Translations under genes and position numbers: made by a program
NCBI GenBank assembly: GCA_012516755.1
Contig: JAAYWE010000162.1
Span: forward strand, 1-58,918
Length of the DNA: 58,918 nucleotides
Source: Treponema sp.
GTDB taxonomy: Bacteria; Spirochaetota; Spirochaetia; Treponematales; Rectinemataceae
Reading direction: 5' to 3'
Notes under the pieces: model-generated
Seen by the model: the letters and a program-made list of their open reading frames with translations, nothing else
Told to the model about the DNA's origin: nothing
The model's database searches: none
Shown here: in pieces, positions 1-9,080 of the stretch
Position numbering within the stretch: the stretch's first letter is position 1
Layout: every line of letters starts with the position of its first letter

Positions 1-232
1 AGGCTGATCGATGCCGCAATGAATGGAAGCTATATAATGGAATCCAAGATATAGCCCAGGTTTCATCTGAATGAAGATTCCTGTTCTATATATTATTCCA
101 CAATGATTTTTCTAGCAGCAAATTGCGAACAAGTCTGGACACAATCCAAAACCCATTCCCATATTCGATGCTTGATGATAAAATAATAAAACATCCTTCA
201 AGGAATGATATTACTTTTTAGAGAGGTTTGAA

Positions 233-403
233 ATGGCGTACAGAGTGACGGAAGCTTGCACGAATTGTGGGTCATGCGAAAGCGAATGCCCGGTCAGCGC
301 AATTAGCGAAAAGGACAATGCTCGATTTATTGACCCAGAGACATGCATTGATTGTGGAGCATGTGCCGCGGCCTGTCCGACAGAAGCCATTATTGCTGGC
401 TAA
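233..403 (+). CDS. 2[4Fe-4S] clostridial-type ferredoxin, 56 aa (not in ORF track)
   Basis: Manual translation MAYRVTEACTNCGSCESECPVSAISEKDNARFIDPETCIDCGACAAACPTEAIIAG; two CxxCxxCxxxCP motifs; GAGG SD upstream. Confidence 0.95.
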   Translation: MAYRVTEACTNCGSCESECPVSAISEKDNARFIDPETCIDCGACAAACPTEAIIAG

Positions 404-414
404 GGTCCAAGACC

Positions 415-457
415 ATAAGAGGGGCTGCCCAACGAGCTGGGCAGCCCCTCTTATTTT
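415..457. terminator. Intrinsic terminator, probably bidirectional, between the ferredoxin and the convergent COG2403 gene
   Basis: Perfect 17-bp inverted repeat ATAAGAGGGGCTGCCCA/TGGGCAGCCCCTCTTAT with a 6-nt loop, followed by Ts. Confidence 0.85.
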
Positions 458-505
458 CATGTAGGATCAACTCATTACCTTGAGGAGATTCTTATTATAT
501 TTATA

Positions 506-1837
506 TTAAGATAAGCCTTTTCTCTTGCAAAAATCCTCTAACACTTCCTCGAGATTAGGCAATCCTATCTCTTGAAGTTCGTAATCGACTCGCACGGTTG
601 GCTTTTTTATGTGAATAATTCGGTTCAAATCAATAGGAGTTGCTATGATGACAGTGTCGCAGTCGGTTCTATTTATGGTATCTTCAAGATCTCGCTTCTG
701 CATATCGCTATATCCCATTGCTGGAAGGAGAGTCCCTATATCGGGATAAGTATTGAATGTCTGTATTAATCCCCCACTGAGGAATGGCCGGGGATCTATG
801 AGCTGTGAGGCTTGGAATTTTCGAGCTGCTACCACACCAGCTCCAAATTTCATCATGCCATGTGTAAGAGTGGGCCCATCTTCCACACACAATACTCGCT
901 TGCCTCGGATGAGCTCGGGGCGATCCACAATGATAGGGCTAGCCGCTTCGATGACAGTGGCAGAAGGATTTGTCCGTGCTATATTTTCTCTCACTATCTG
1001 GATCTGCTCGGGTGAGCTTGAATCGATTTTATTGATTATTATGACGTGAGCTGTTCTTAGACAGACTTCGCCAGGGTAAAAGGATACTTCATTGCCAGCG
1101 CGCAGCGGATCTGCGACCGTTATTTGAAGATCTGGAATATAGAACGAAAAGTCATTATTTCCGCCATCCCAGAGAATTACGTCTGCTTCTTTCTCCGCCT
1201 GGCGAAGAATGGCCTCGTAGTCCACTCCTGCATAGATGACATTGCCACGAGATATGTGCGGCTCATATTCCTCCATCTCTTCAATAGTACACCTATAATG
1301 GGCGAGATCTTCTATAGTTGCAAAACGCTGGACTTTCTGTTGTACAAGATCCCCATAAGGCATGGGATGGCGAATCGCAACCACTTTAAGCCCGCGCTTC
1401 ATAAGCATTTGGACGATTTTTCGCGAAGTCTGACTTTTGCCTGAGCCGGTGCGTACTGCACAAACCGATATGACGGGCTTGCTCGATTTTAGTTGGGTTT
1501 CCTTAGGGCCAAGCAGCGCAAAGGAAGCACCGGCCGAATTCACAATCGCCGACATTTTCATGACATGAGAGTAGGGCACATCGGAATAAGAGAATACGCA
1601 TTCATCTACATCATATTTTCTAATTAGATCTGAAAGCTCGCTTTCGGAATAAATGGGTATCCCTTCTGGGTAAAGTCGTCCTGCAAGAGCAGCTGGATAT
1701 CTTCTTCCGTCGATATTTGGAATCTGCGCAGCCGTAAAAGCTACAACCTCGGTTGATTCATCTTCTCGATATCGAGCATTAAAGTTGTGAAAATCCCTTC
1801 CTGCTGCCCCGATGATTATTATCTTGCGCTTTTTCAT
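506..1837 (-). CDS. COG2403 P-loop enzyme (cyclic 2,3-diphosphoglycerate synthetase-like 'GTPase'; possible arginine synthetase)
   Basis: GAAGRDFHNFN N-terminus, AVRTGSGKS P-loop, RHPMPYG, DGGNND, EDGPTLTHG, PAMGY; start placed at ATG 1837 behind AGGAG. Confidence 0.8.
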   Translation of the reverse strand: MKKRKIIIIGAAGRDFHNFNARYREDESTEVVAFTAAQIPNIDGRRYPAALAGRLYPEGIPIYSESELSDLIRKYDVDECVFSYSDVPYSHVMKMSAIVNSAGASFALLGPKETQLKSSKPVISVCAVRTGSGKSQTSRKIVQMLMKRGLKVVAIRHPMPYGDLVQQKVQRFATIEDLAHYRCTIEEMEEYEPHISRGNVIYAGVDYEAILRQAEKEADVILWDGGNNDFSFYIPDLQITVADPLRAGNEVSFYPGEVCLRTAHVIIINKIDSSSPEQIQIVRENIARTNPSATVIEAASPIIVDRPELIRGKRVLCVEDGPTLTHGMMKFGAGVVAARKFQASQLIDPRPFLSGGLIQTFNTYPDIGTLLPAMGYSDMQKRDLEDTINRTDCDTVIIATPIDLNRIIHIKKPTVRVDYELQEIGLPNLEEVLEDFCKRKGLS

Positions 1838-2117
1838 CAAAGCTCCTTCCTTTTGTTTTGCCTTATGAATGACAAAGACATGCATTCATTTTTGCCTATT
1901 TTCGTATCAGAGTCAATAAGGTCACATTATAATAACTTTTTATAATATAAGCATTAAAATGAATAATGATGCGATCTTGAAGCTATTTTATTGAGAATTT
2001 TGCAAGATTTGCCAAATAATAACTAATACATATACAGTTTAAGGAGGGTTCGTGACGGTCATGGCAATCTTTATCAGGCGGCTGTCATAATCCATAATAT
2101 CGACTTACACTTAAGAG

Positions 2118-5100
2118 TCAGCTGCATCCGGTGGTGGATCCACATGTCTCACATTTGAGGCAGGTACCATTTCTGATGAGCGTAAGGTTACCACAAACAG
2201 GACAGGCATCTCCTTCATACCCTTTTTGCTTGGCTTCCCTGATGAGCATAATATCCGTATCTTTTTTTATTGGAATGTGTTTTTTACCACTCTCAAAGGC
2301 GTTAGGAACCTTAGCGGAAAGCGATTGCGTGGATGTAGCAATGAGGTCTTCGGGCTTGATCTGTCCGAGATCATAACGATGAAGATAGGAGATTGCGAGA
2401 TCGCGGAAAACAAAATCCAGGACACTTGTCGTCATTTTTAGATAATCATGCCCGCTGACTATTCCGTTTGGCTCGAATTTCGTAAATGTAAAGGCGTCTA
2501 TGTATTCTTCAAGAGGTACCCCATATTGCAAACCCAAGGATATGGCAATTGCAAAAGAATTCAAAATGCTCCTGAAAGCAGCACCTTCCTTATGCATATC
2601 GAGGAAAATTTCCCCAAGGCTACCATCTTCGTACTCGCCGGTTCTAAGGAAGATGGAATGACCCCCTATCTTTGCTTTCTGGGTATAGCCCTTTCTTCTA
2701 TTTGGAAGAGCTCTCCTGACACCGCGAGGTGCAACAGGAAGGCCAGGAAGTTCAGGCTCGATACTCTTATGAGCTAGGCCGGTTGGAACCATTTCCAGAG
2801 AAGAAATATCTTCTGAAGTGAGTTCATCAGACTGTAGAGCTATGATCGAATCGGCAATGAGATTTGATCCTGGTGTTAAAGCGGCAAGAGGTTGAGAAAG
2901 TTTTGATCCGTCTCTATATATGGCGATGGATTTCAGCATAGATCTCCAAGCGAGCAAATATGCCCCTTTTATGTCATCTATGCTCACATTATTGGGCATG
3001 TTGATGGTCTTGGAGATGGCTCCCGTGATGAATGGCTGCACTGCTGCCATCATGGCTATATGCGCTTGCCACGATATGCTGCGGCTGCCTTTCTTTCCAG
3101 AGGGCGTTGCCGTGTCGAAGACAGATAGGTGTTCTGATTTAAGATGAGGGGCGCCTTCCATACCCATTGTTCCACACGCAAAGATCTCAGCTTCTTTTTT
3201 TTGCTTTTCATCATAGCCTAAGCGAGATAGAAGGCTGAATCCAGGAGCATTAGCTTCCTCTTTCGATATTCCCAGTTTTTCTAGAACATCATAGCCAACA
3301 ATAGATGGAGAAAAGCAGCTATCCAGACTGATTGCGTTTTGAAGAGACTTTTCGATTCTATCGATTGAGTCATTTGGAATGCCCTTATCGATTAGTGACT
3401 GACGGGAGATTCCCGGTGCTCCTTCGAATGTTCCCTTTCCCAGAGCATATTGTATGATCTCCTTAATTTGGCTATCAGAATAGCCAAGCGCATGGAGAGC
3501 AGGAGGGACCGAGGTGTTGATGATCTTGAAATACCCTCCGCCAGCAAGTTTTTTAAATTTGACAAGCGCAAAATCGGGTTCGATACCTGTAGTATCGCAA
3601 TCCATTAGGAGTCCGATAGTGCCGGTTGGTGCTATGGCGGTCACTTGAGCATTCCTAAACCCATGCTTTTCTCCTAGCTTCAATGCTTCATCCCAACATT
3701 CGTGCGCTGCGTTTAGAAGATTAGTAGGGCATGACCGTGAATCTAAGCCCTTAGGGAAAACACTCAATGCCTCGTATTGCTCCTTTGCGGCATCATATGC
3801 CGCATGCCTATGATTTCTGATCACTCTAAGCATAGATTGTCTATTAGCTTCATAACGAGCAAAGGGCCCAAATTCTCTCGCCATAATAGCTGATTGGGTA
3901 TAAGCTTCACCAGTAAGAATTGCCGATAGAGCAGCTGCCAGAGCTCTTCCATTATCGGAATCATAAGGAAGACCCATAACCATGAGCAGGCTTCCTAGAT
4001 TGGCGTATCCCAATCCAAGGGTCCGATAGTCATAACTATTTCTAGCGATCTCCTTAGATGGGAATTGCGCCATTACAACCGAAATTTCGAGTACAAGTGT
4101 CCAGATCCGAATCGTATGGCGATAGGCTGCTTCATCAAATTTGCATTTTTCGAAATTATAAAAAGATAGCAAATTCAAAGAAGCCAGATTGCAGGCTGTA
4201 TCATCGAGGAACATATACTCAGAGCATGGATTAGACGCGCGAATCTCGCCATCGGCGGAGCAAGTATGCCATTCATTGATTGTCGTATGGAATTGCAGAC
4301 CAGGATCCGCACAAAACCACGCTGATTCTGCAATTTCATTCCAGAGATCGCGCGCTTTGGTTACACGGAAGGGCTTCCGCGTAGTACGGGCTATCAGTTT
4401 CCAATCTAGATCGTTGATAACTGCATTGATAAAATCGTTATCAACTCTTACGGAATTATTAGAAGATTGGCCGGAAACAGTGTTATAAGCTTCTGATTCC
4501 CAGGATGTATTGTATTGTGGCATTCGAGGAGTTCTACCGGTCTGTGCATAATAGGTCAGCACCTGATGAATCCATGATGAAGGGATTCCTGCATCGAGCG
4601 CTTGTCTTATTGCCTTACCCAAGAGCAGATTTCGATCGGGCAGATAGCTGTTTTCGTCCTGAACTCCCATGTCTTCAATCGCAGAGATCATTGCCTGGGC
4701 ATAATGATTCAAAAGGCCACTGCCTGCCGCAAGGCAGGCGACCTTATATTCCTCTTCGGCCTTCCAGTGAACAAAATCTTCAACATCTGGGTGGTCTGCA
4801 TCGAGGATAACCATTTTAGCGGCGCGTCTAGTTGTACCACCGGATTTAATGGCTGAGGCAGATCTATCGGCTATTTTTAGAAACGAGAGAAGACCCGATG
4901 AAACACCCCCTCCAGAAAGCTTCTCATTTGCAGCTCTTAAGCGTGAGAAATTTGATCCTGTACCAGAACCATATTTGAATAAACGAGCCTCTTTTGTTAC
5001 GAGGTCCATAATTCCGCCTTCATTCACCAAGTCATCCTTTACATCGAGAATGAAACAAGCATGAGGCTGAGGTCGCTCATAGGCTGATTCGGATTTTGCC

Positions 5101-5624
5101 ATCTCATTGGAATCGGGATCTATAAAGTAATGCCCCTGGGCGGGTCCTTCGATGCCATAAACAGAAAATAACCCCGTATTGAACCATTGGGGACTATTTG
5201 GTGCCGCAATCTGATGTGCTAGCATATAGCAGATCTCATCATAAAAGGCTTGTCGATCTTCTTCGGAATCAAAGTATCCCGCTTTTTGTCCCCAGTCGCA
5301 CCATGTATAGGCAAGCCTATGGAATACCTGCCGAGCATCGTGTTCGGCATCATCGACCATATCCTCTTCAGAGAGGATTGTCTGAGAGACAGGGACAAAT
5401 TTCGTCCATTCGAGTGCCTTATCTTTGGGGACTCCGGCTTTTCGATAGTATTTTTGGGCTAGGATATCGCTTGCTATAGAGCTCCAGAATGAAGGCACTA
5501 TGACAGAATCCGTTGAAAACACAATAGAACCATCGGGATTCTTGATCTCACTTTTCCTCTTTTCCCATTTGATCTTCTCATAAGGGCCATAGCCTGCTCT
5601 GGTAAACAAGCGCTTTATTTTCAT
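2118..5624 (-). CDS. nrdJ: Class II (adenosylcobalamin-dependent) ribonucleotide reductase
   Basis: PNSPQWFN, PQPHACFI, SNPCSE, APTGTIG, ISKTIN, YRDGSK motifs; C-terminal TSCPD domain and CxxC pairs. Confidence 0.95.
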   Translation of the reverse strand: MKIKRLFTRAGYGPYEKIKWEKRKSEIKNPDGSIVFSTDSVIVPSFWSSIASDILAQKYYRKAGVPKDKALEWTKFVPVSQTILSEEDMVDDAEHDARQVFHRLAYTWCDWGQKAGYFDSEEDRQAFYDEICYMLAHQIAAPNSPQWFNTGLFSVYGIEGPAQGHYFIDPDSNEMAKSESAYERPQPHACFILDVKDDLVNEGGIMDLVTKEARLFKYGSGTGSNFSRLRAANEKLSGGGVSSGLLSFLKIADRSASAIKSGGTTRRAAKMVILDADHPDVEDFVHWKAEEEYKVACLAAGSGLLNHYAQAMISAIEDMGVQDENSYLPDRNLLLGKAIRQALDAGIPSSWIHQVLTYYAQTGRTPRMPQYNTSWESEAYNTVSGQSSNNSVRVDNDFINAVINDLDWKLIARTTRKPFRVTKARDLWNEIAESAWFCADPGLQFHTTINEWHTCSADGEIRASNPCSEYMFLDDTACNLASLNLLSFYNFEKCKFDEAAYRHTIRIWTLVLEISVVMAQFPSKEIARNSYDYRTLGLGYANLGSLLMVMGLPYDSDNGRALAAALSAILTGEAYTQSAIMAREFGPFARYEANRQSMLRVIRNHRHAAYDAAKEQYEALSVFPKGLDSRSCPTNLLNAAHECWDEALKLGEKHGFRNAQVTAIAPTGTIGLLMDCDTTGIEPDFALVKFKKLAGGGYFKIINTSVPPALHALGYSDSQIKEIIQYALGKGTFEGAPGISRQSLIDKGIPNDSIDRIEKSLQNAISLDSCFSPSIVGYDVLEKLGISKEEANAPGFSLLSRLGYDEKQKKEAEIFACGTMGMEGAPHLKSEHLSVFDTATPSGKKGSRSISWQAHIAMMAAVQPFITGAISKTINMPNNVSIDDIKGAYLLAWRSMLKSIAIYRDGSKLSQPLAALTPGSNLIADSIIALQSDELTSEDISSLEMVPTGLAHKSIEPELPGLPVAPRGVRRALPNRRKGYTQKAKIGGHSIFLRTGEYEDGSLGEIFLDMHKEGAAFRSILNSFAIAISLGLQYGVPLEEYIDAFTFTKFEPNGIVSGHDYLKMTTSVLDFVFRDLAISYLHRYDLGQIKPEDLIATSTQSLSAKVPNAFESGKKHIPIKKDTDIMLIREAKQKGYEGDACPVCGNLTLIRNGTCLKCETCGSTTGCS

Positions 5625-5647
5625 ATTCTCTCTCCTTGAGCTGCGCT

Positions 5648-5694
5648 ATACTATCTATACTATCATAGCAGTATGATACTACAATATATAGTGG
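5648..5694 (-). promoter_or_regulatory. NrdR boxes upstream of nrdJ
   Basis: CCACTATATATTGTAG (5679-5694, minus strand) matches the acaCwAtATaTwGtg consensus; a degenerate second core at 5650-5661 lies 31 bp away. Confidence 0.75.
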
Positions 5695-5868
5695 TGCTCT
5701 TTCTTATCTTATTTCTTATCATGGAGACTTCCGATGCAATAATCCCTGTAGTGATTTTCTGTGTTTCTCTATGTTTGGTTTGCTCCAGCGCATCGGAAAA
5801 CACTGCTTTGGGGTGACAGACAAGCCTATTCCTGCTATTGTTATGCTGAAATGCATAACCTTCCGGAT

Positions 5869-6930
5869 ATGATCTTAGTCTTAATCTCCAGGAAAAGATT
5901 TTGCTTAAAGATTTTGTACAAGACTCTGGCCATGCTAGCCATGATTGCCCTATGCATTCTACCATTATTTGGTGCAAATGATACAAAACAAGAAGATATG
6001 AGCATTTCTGATCTAGCCTGTTCGCTAAAGGCTACCCTGGAATATGATCCTTTAGTTCATGCCGGAACCATTACAAAAGAAGGTCGCAGTGTGCGCTTTG
6101 CCATGGATGTTCCATACGTGCTTCTCGACTGGACAATAGTAAAAGAAGTGCCCGCGCCTTACGAATCGGCTACATCTCTGCAAATCAAGGAGGAATTTGC
6201 ACGGACAGTTCAAGAATTCTTCGAAATAAAATCGCAAATATCATCAAGATATTTGGTAAAAGCCATTGTCATAGATCCAGGGCATGGCGGCAAAGATCCA
6301 GGGGCTATAGGAGAATTCGAGGACTTCAAGCTTCAAGAAAAAGATGTAAATCTCAGTATCGCGCTTAGACTCGCCGATCTATTGCGCCTTCGATATCCTG
6401 AAAAGACGATTGTTCTTACCCGCTCGAGCGACATTTATCCAACTCTTGAGGAACGGGTCGAAAAAGCAAATAAGATAGAATTGGAAGAAACTGAGGCTAT
6501 AATCTATGTTTCCATCCATGCCAATGCCTCTTTTAACAAGAATACGAAAGGTTTTGAGGTCTGGTACTTAAATCCCAATTACCGACGTACCGTGGTCGAT
6601 GAAAGAACCGCTAAAGAGAAAGGAGAGGACATCGCTCCCATCATAAATATCATGCTTGAAGAAGAATTTACTACCGAGAGCATAATCCTAGCTCAGAAAG
6701 TATATCAAAGAATGGACAGGATAATCGGTGATAGAAGCCCCGCGCGAGGGATCCGCGCTGAAGAGTGGTTTGTAGTGCGAAATGCAAAAATGCCTTCGAT
6801 TTTGATTGAAGTGGGTTTTGTGACCAATAAGGCTGAGGCTCTTCTTTTGTCCCAAGCTGGCTACTTGAGACAAATTGCGGATGCCATATACAATGGTGTT
6901 TGTGACTTTATCGAACATTTCGAGCAATGA
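5869..6930 (+). CDS. N-acetylmuramoyl-L-alanine amidase (Amidase_3); start uncertain
   Basis: IDPGHGGKDPGA, EKDVNL, SIHAN and ILIEVGF motifs; signal-like hydrophobic N-terminus. Confidence 0.9.
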   Translation: MILVLISRKRFCLKILYKTLAMLAMIALCILPLFGANDTKQEDMSISDLACSLKATLEYDPLVHAGTITKEGRSVRFAMDVPYVLLDWTIVKEVPAPYESATSLQIKEEFARTVQEFFEIKSQISSRYLVKAIVIDPGHGGKDPGAIGEFEDFKLQEKDVNLSIALRLADLLRLRYPEKTIVLTRSSDIYPTLEERVEKANKIELEETEAIIYVSIHANASFNKNTKGFEVWYLNPNYRRTVVDERTAKEKGEDIAPIINIMLEEEFTTESIILAQKVYQRMDRIIGDRSPARGIRAEEWFVVRNAKMPSILIEVGFVTNKAEALLLSQAGYLRQIADAIYNGVCDFIEHFEQ

Positions 6931-6931
6931 T

Positions 6932-7384
6932 ATGAATCCATCTAAAGAACAAGACCATAAGCAAGGCTATATTATCGCCCTGGTGATTTTTCTTGCCATT
7001 GTATTCATCGTATGGAAAGGGCCAACGCTTCAATATAATAGCATGCGTCTCTATTTCCCAGATAAGAAAAAAGGAGAATTGAGGCTGGAGAAGCGTCCTA
7101 TAGCGCCAATTGGGACTCTAAAGGAAAAAGCCAAGGCTACTGTTGAAGAGCTTCTGCTTGGACCTCTTTCCAGGGATCTTAAGATCCTGACAGATACGGA
7201 TATTTCCCTGCTGCGAATAGTTGAAGGGAAGAACGCTCTGTTTATGGATTTCTCAACACAAGATATTGCAAGTTTCTCTTCAGAGTATATGACATTTAAG
7301 AGGGCTCTGGAAAAGAGTCTTAAAGAGACAATACCAGGTACTTTTCATATCTATTTCTTCATAAATGGTGTTCTTGCGCGATGA
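6932..7384 (+). CDS. Membrane-anchored GerMN-like domain protein
   Basis: N-terminal TM, LYFPD, EELLLGP and a terminal FING motif; starts 1 nt after the amidase stop. Confidence 0.65.
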   Translation: MNPSKEQDHKQGYIIALVIFLAIVFIVWKGPTLQYNSMRLYFPDKKKGELRLEKRPIAPIGTLKEKAKATVEELLLGPLSRDLKILTDTDISLLRIVEGKNALFMDFSTQDIASFSSEYMTFKRALEKSLKETIPGTFHIYFFINGVLAR

Positions 7385-7504
7385 ATTGAATTTTGCCGAT
7401 CTCTGAATAAAATCGATGTGGCTGTGCACAATGCTATTCTCTGCGGCTCCATGCACAGCACAGGCAAGCCAGGAATTTAAACAACAATGATGTTGATCCC
7501 TCCT

Positions 7505-7533
7505 TTGCCGAAAGAAATATTTCATGATAACTT
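7505..7533 (+). promoter_or_regulatory. Putative sigma70 promoter, probably leaderless
   Basis: TTGCCG-17-TAACTT, then 7 nt, then ATG 7541; no SD. Confidence 0.5.
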
Positions 7534-7540
7534 TATTCTC

Positions 7541-8839
7541 ATGAATGATCTTGAGAATATTCCAAACAAGACTCTTTTGGAAAAGCTTTACAATCAACAT
7601 CGGACTGGCTATGAGGAAGCTCTAGCCAAGACAGTCAGTGACATCTCCAATCTTTTGCAGGATAAAGGAATACACCCAACTATAAAGAGCAGGGTCAAAG
7701 ATTTCGAATCCTATTTTTCGAAAAAAATAAGATTCCTTAAGAAAGCTTGGGATGAGCATAAAGACCCCTTGCCCATAAATGATGTTCTTGCTATGCGAAT
7801 TATTTGTCCATTTTTGCGAGATTTGGAAGAGACCGTACATCTTCTTGACCAGCGCTATGAGGTTGTCGAAATCGAGCGCAAAGGACAGGACCGTTCGGTT
7901 CGGGAATTCGGGTATGAATCAATCCATGTGTTGATTCGCATTCCCGATGAGCTTGTTCCGCTCTGTGAAGGCTTGGAAAGATATGTAATGGAGATTCAGT
8001 TGAGAACCATTCTACAGGAGGCGTGGGCGGAGGTAGAGCATGAAATTGTCTACAAGGCAGAATTCACCCCTCTCGATGAGCCTTTGAAAAGGAAACTAGC
8101 CGCCCTAAACGCTACACTTACCCTGTCCGACATAATTTTTCAGGAAATACTGGATTATCAAAAAAGACTGAGCGATGCGCTTAAAAAGCGTCGCCAGGGA
8201 TTCTATGGAAAAATAGAACAGAAAACAGCCGAAATCTTTGGTATATCTGAAGAAATAACAGAACCTATTCCCTCATTTTCTGGCCAGATGATGGAACAAA
8301 GAGAGACAGCTTATCCAAATGAAAATCAGGTCTCAGCTTCGAATCGATCGAATGGCCTTGACATGGATATGCTGCTTCTCTCTGCTCTCAACGCACATAA
8401 TGCCTCAGATTTCAATAGTGCCATATCAATATATACCAAGATTCTCGATAAAAAGCCCGAGGCATCGCTTGCAGCAGTGGTGTACAAACATCGAGGCATG
8501 GCCTATTTTGCACAATCCGAATATGAACAAGCTCTAGCCGATTTTACCAGCTGTCTCATTCTCGATCCCAACTGCTATAAGGCTCTATACTACCGCGGAG
8601 TTGTAAAGAGCATTCAAAAGGAGCTGCCACAAGCAATAGAAGATTTTTCTAAGGCTCTTGAGATACACCCATATCATTTCTTTTCCCGATATAGAAGAGC
8701 TCTATGTTGGTGGCAGCTTGGCGATTATGCGCAAGCTCATGCCGATTGCGAACTAGCATTGCGCATAATGCCCGAAAACAAGCTAGCTCAGGAATTACAG
8801 AAGAAAATCATGGAGCATCTTGCTAAAGAAGACATATAA
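7541..8839 (+). CDS. Small alarmone synthetase (RelA/SpoT SYNTH domain) fused to C-terminal TPR repeats
   Basis: RVKDFES, DVLAMR, GYESIH and EIQLRT...WAEVEH motifs; C-terminal TPR pattern (YKHRGMAY, YYRGVV, YRRALC). Confidence 0.9.
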   Translation: MNDLENIPNKTLLEKLYNQHRTGYEEALAKTVSDISNLLQDKGIHPTIKSRVKDFESYFSKKIRFLKKAWDEHKDPLPINDVLAMRIICPFLRDLEETVHLLDQRYEVVEIERKGQDRSVREFGYESIHVLIRIPDELVPLCEGLERYVMEIQLRTILQEAWAEVEHEIVYKAEFTPLDEPLKRKLAALNATLTLSDIIFQEILDYQKRLSDALKKRRQGFYGKIEQKTAEIFGISEEITEPIPSFSGQMMEQRETAYPNENQVSASNRSNGLDMDMLLLSALNAHNASDFNSAISIYTKILDKKPEASLAAVVYKHRGMAYFAQSEYEQALADFTSCLILDPNCYKALYYRGVVKSIQKELPQAIEDFSKALEIHPYHFFSRYRRALCWWQLGDYAQAHADCELALRIMPENKLAQELQKKIMEHLAKEDI

Positions 8840-8895
8840 ATTCTCATTGAATGCAAGTTTGCCCTCTAATAGCATCTCAATTATAGCCTTGCTTA

Positions 8896-8924
8896 TTGAC
8901 ATGTATTGGAAATTCTGATAGGTT
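8896..8924 (+). promoter_or_regulatory. Sigma70 promoter for tRNA-Glu
   Basis: TTGACA-17-TAGGTT with a TGn extension. Confidence 0.65.
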
Positions 8925-8971
8925 CACTGCCGTTCGGCACTCTCGCCCCGAGAGAGGCCCTATGTCGGAAT

Positions 8972-9043
8972 GTCCCCATCGTCTAGAGGTTAGGACAGCG
9001 GGTTTTCAACCCGCCAACAGGGGTTCGATTCCCCTTGGGGATA
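8972..9043 (+). tRNA. tRNA-Glu(UUC)
   Basis: GTCCCCA/TGGGGAT acceptor stem, GCGGG-TTTTCAA-CCCGC anticodon arm, GGTTCGATTCC T arm; no encoded CCA. Confidence 0.95.
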
Positions 9044-9049
9044 TAGATG

Positions 9050-9079
9050 GAGCCATCATAGATTCATGGTGGCTTTTTT
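9050..9079 (+). terminator. Intrinsic terminator after tRNA-Glu
   Basis: AGCCATCAT/ATGGTGGCT stem followed by a T run. Confidence 0.7.
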
Positions 9080-9080
9080 A

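Noticed and set aside
1-54. Possible 3' end of an upstream gene (RLIDAAMNGSYIMESKI*)
   Set aside because: Too short to support from this window
267-464. 65-aa and 62-aa ORFs in the track
   Set aside because: Out-of-frame or antisense shadows of the ferredoxin and its terminator
2118-5624. Possible intein in the long NrdJ
   Set aside because: No intein splice-junction or LAGLIDADG motifs seen; the extra length fits long-form NrdJ with a TSCPD domain
5663-5986. 107-aa minus-strand ORF
   Set aside because: No motifs; overlaps the NrdR boxes and the amidase start
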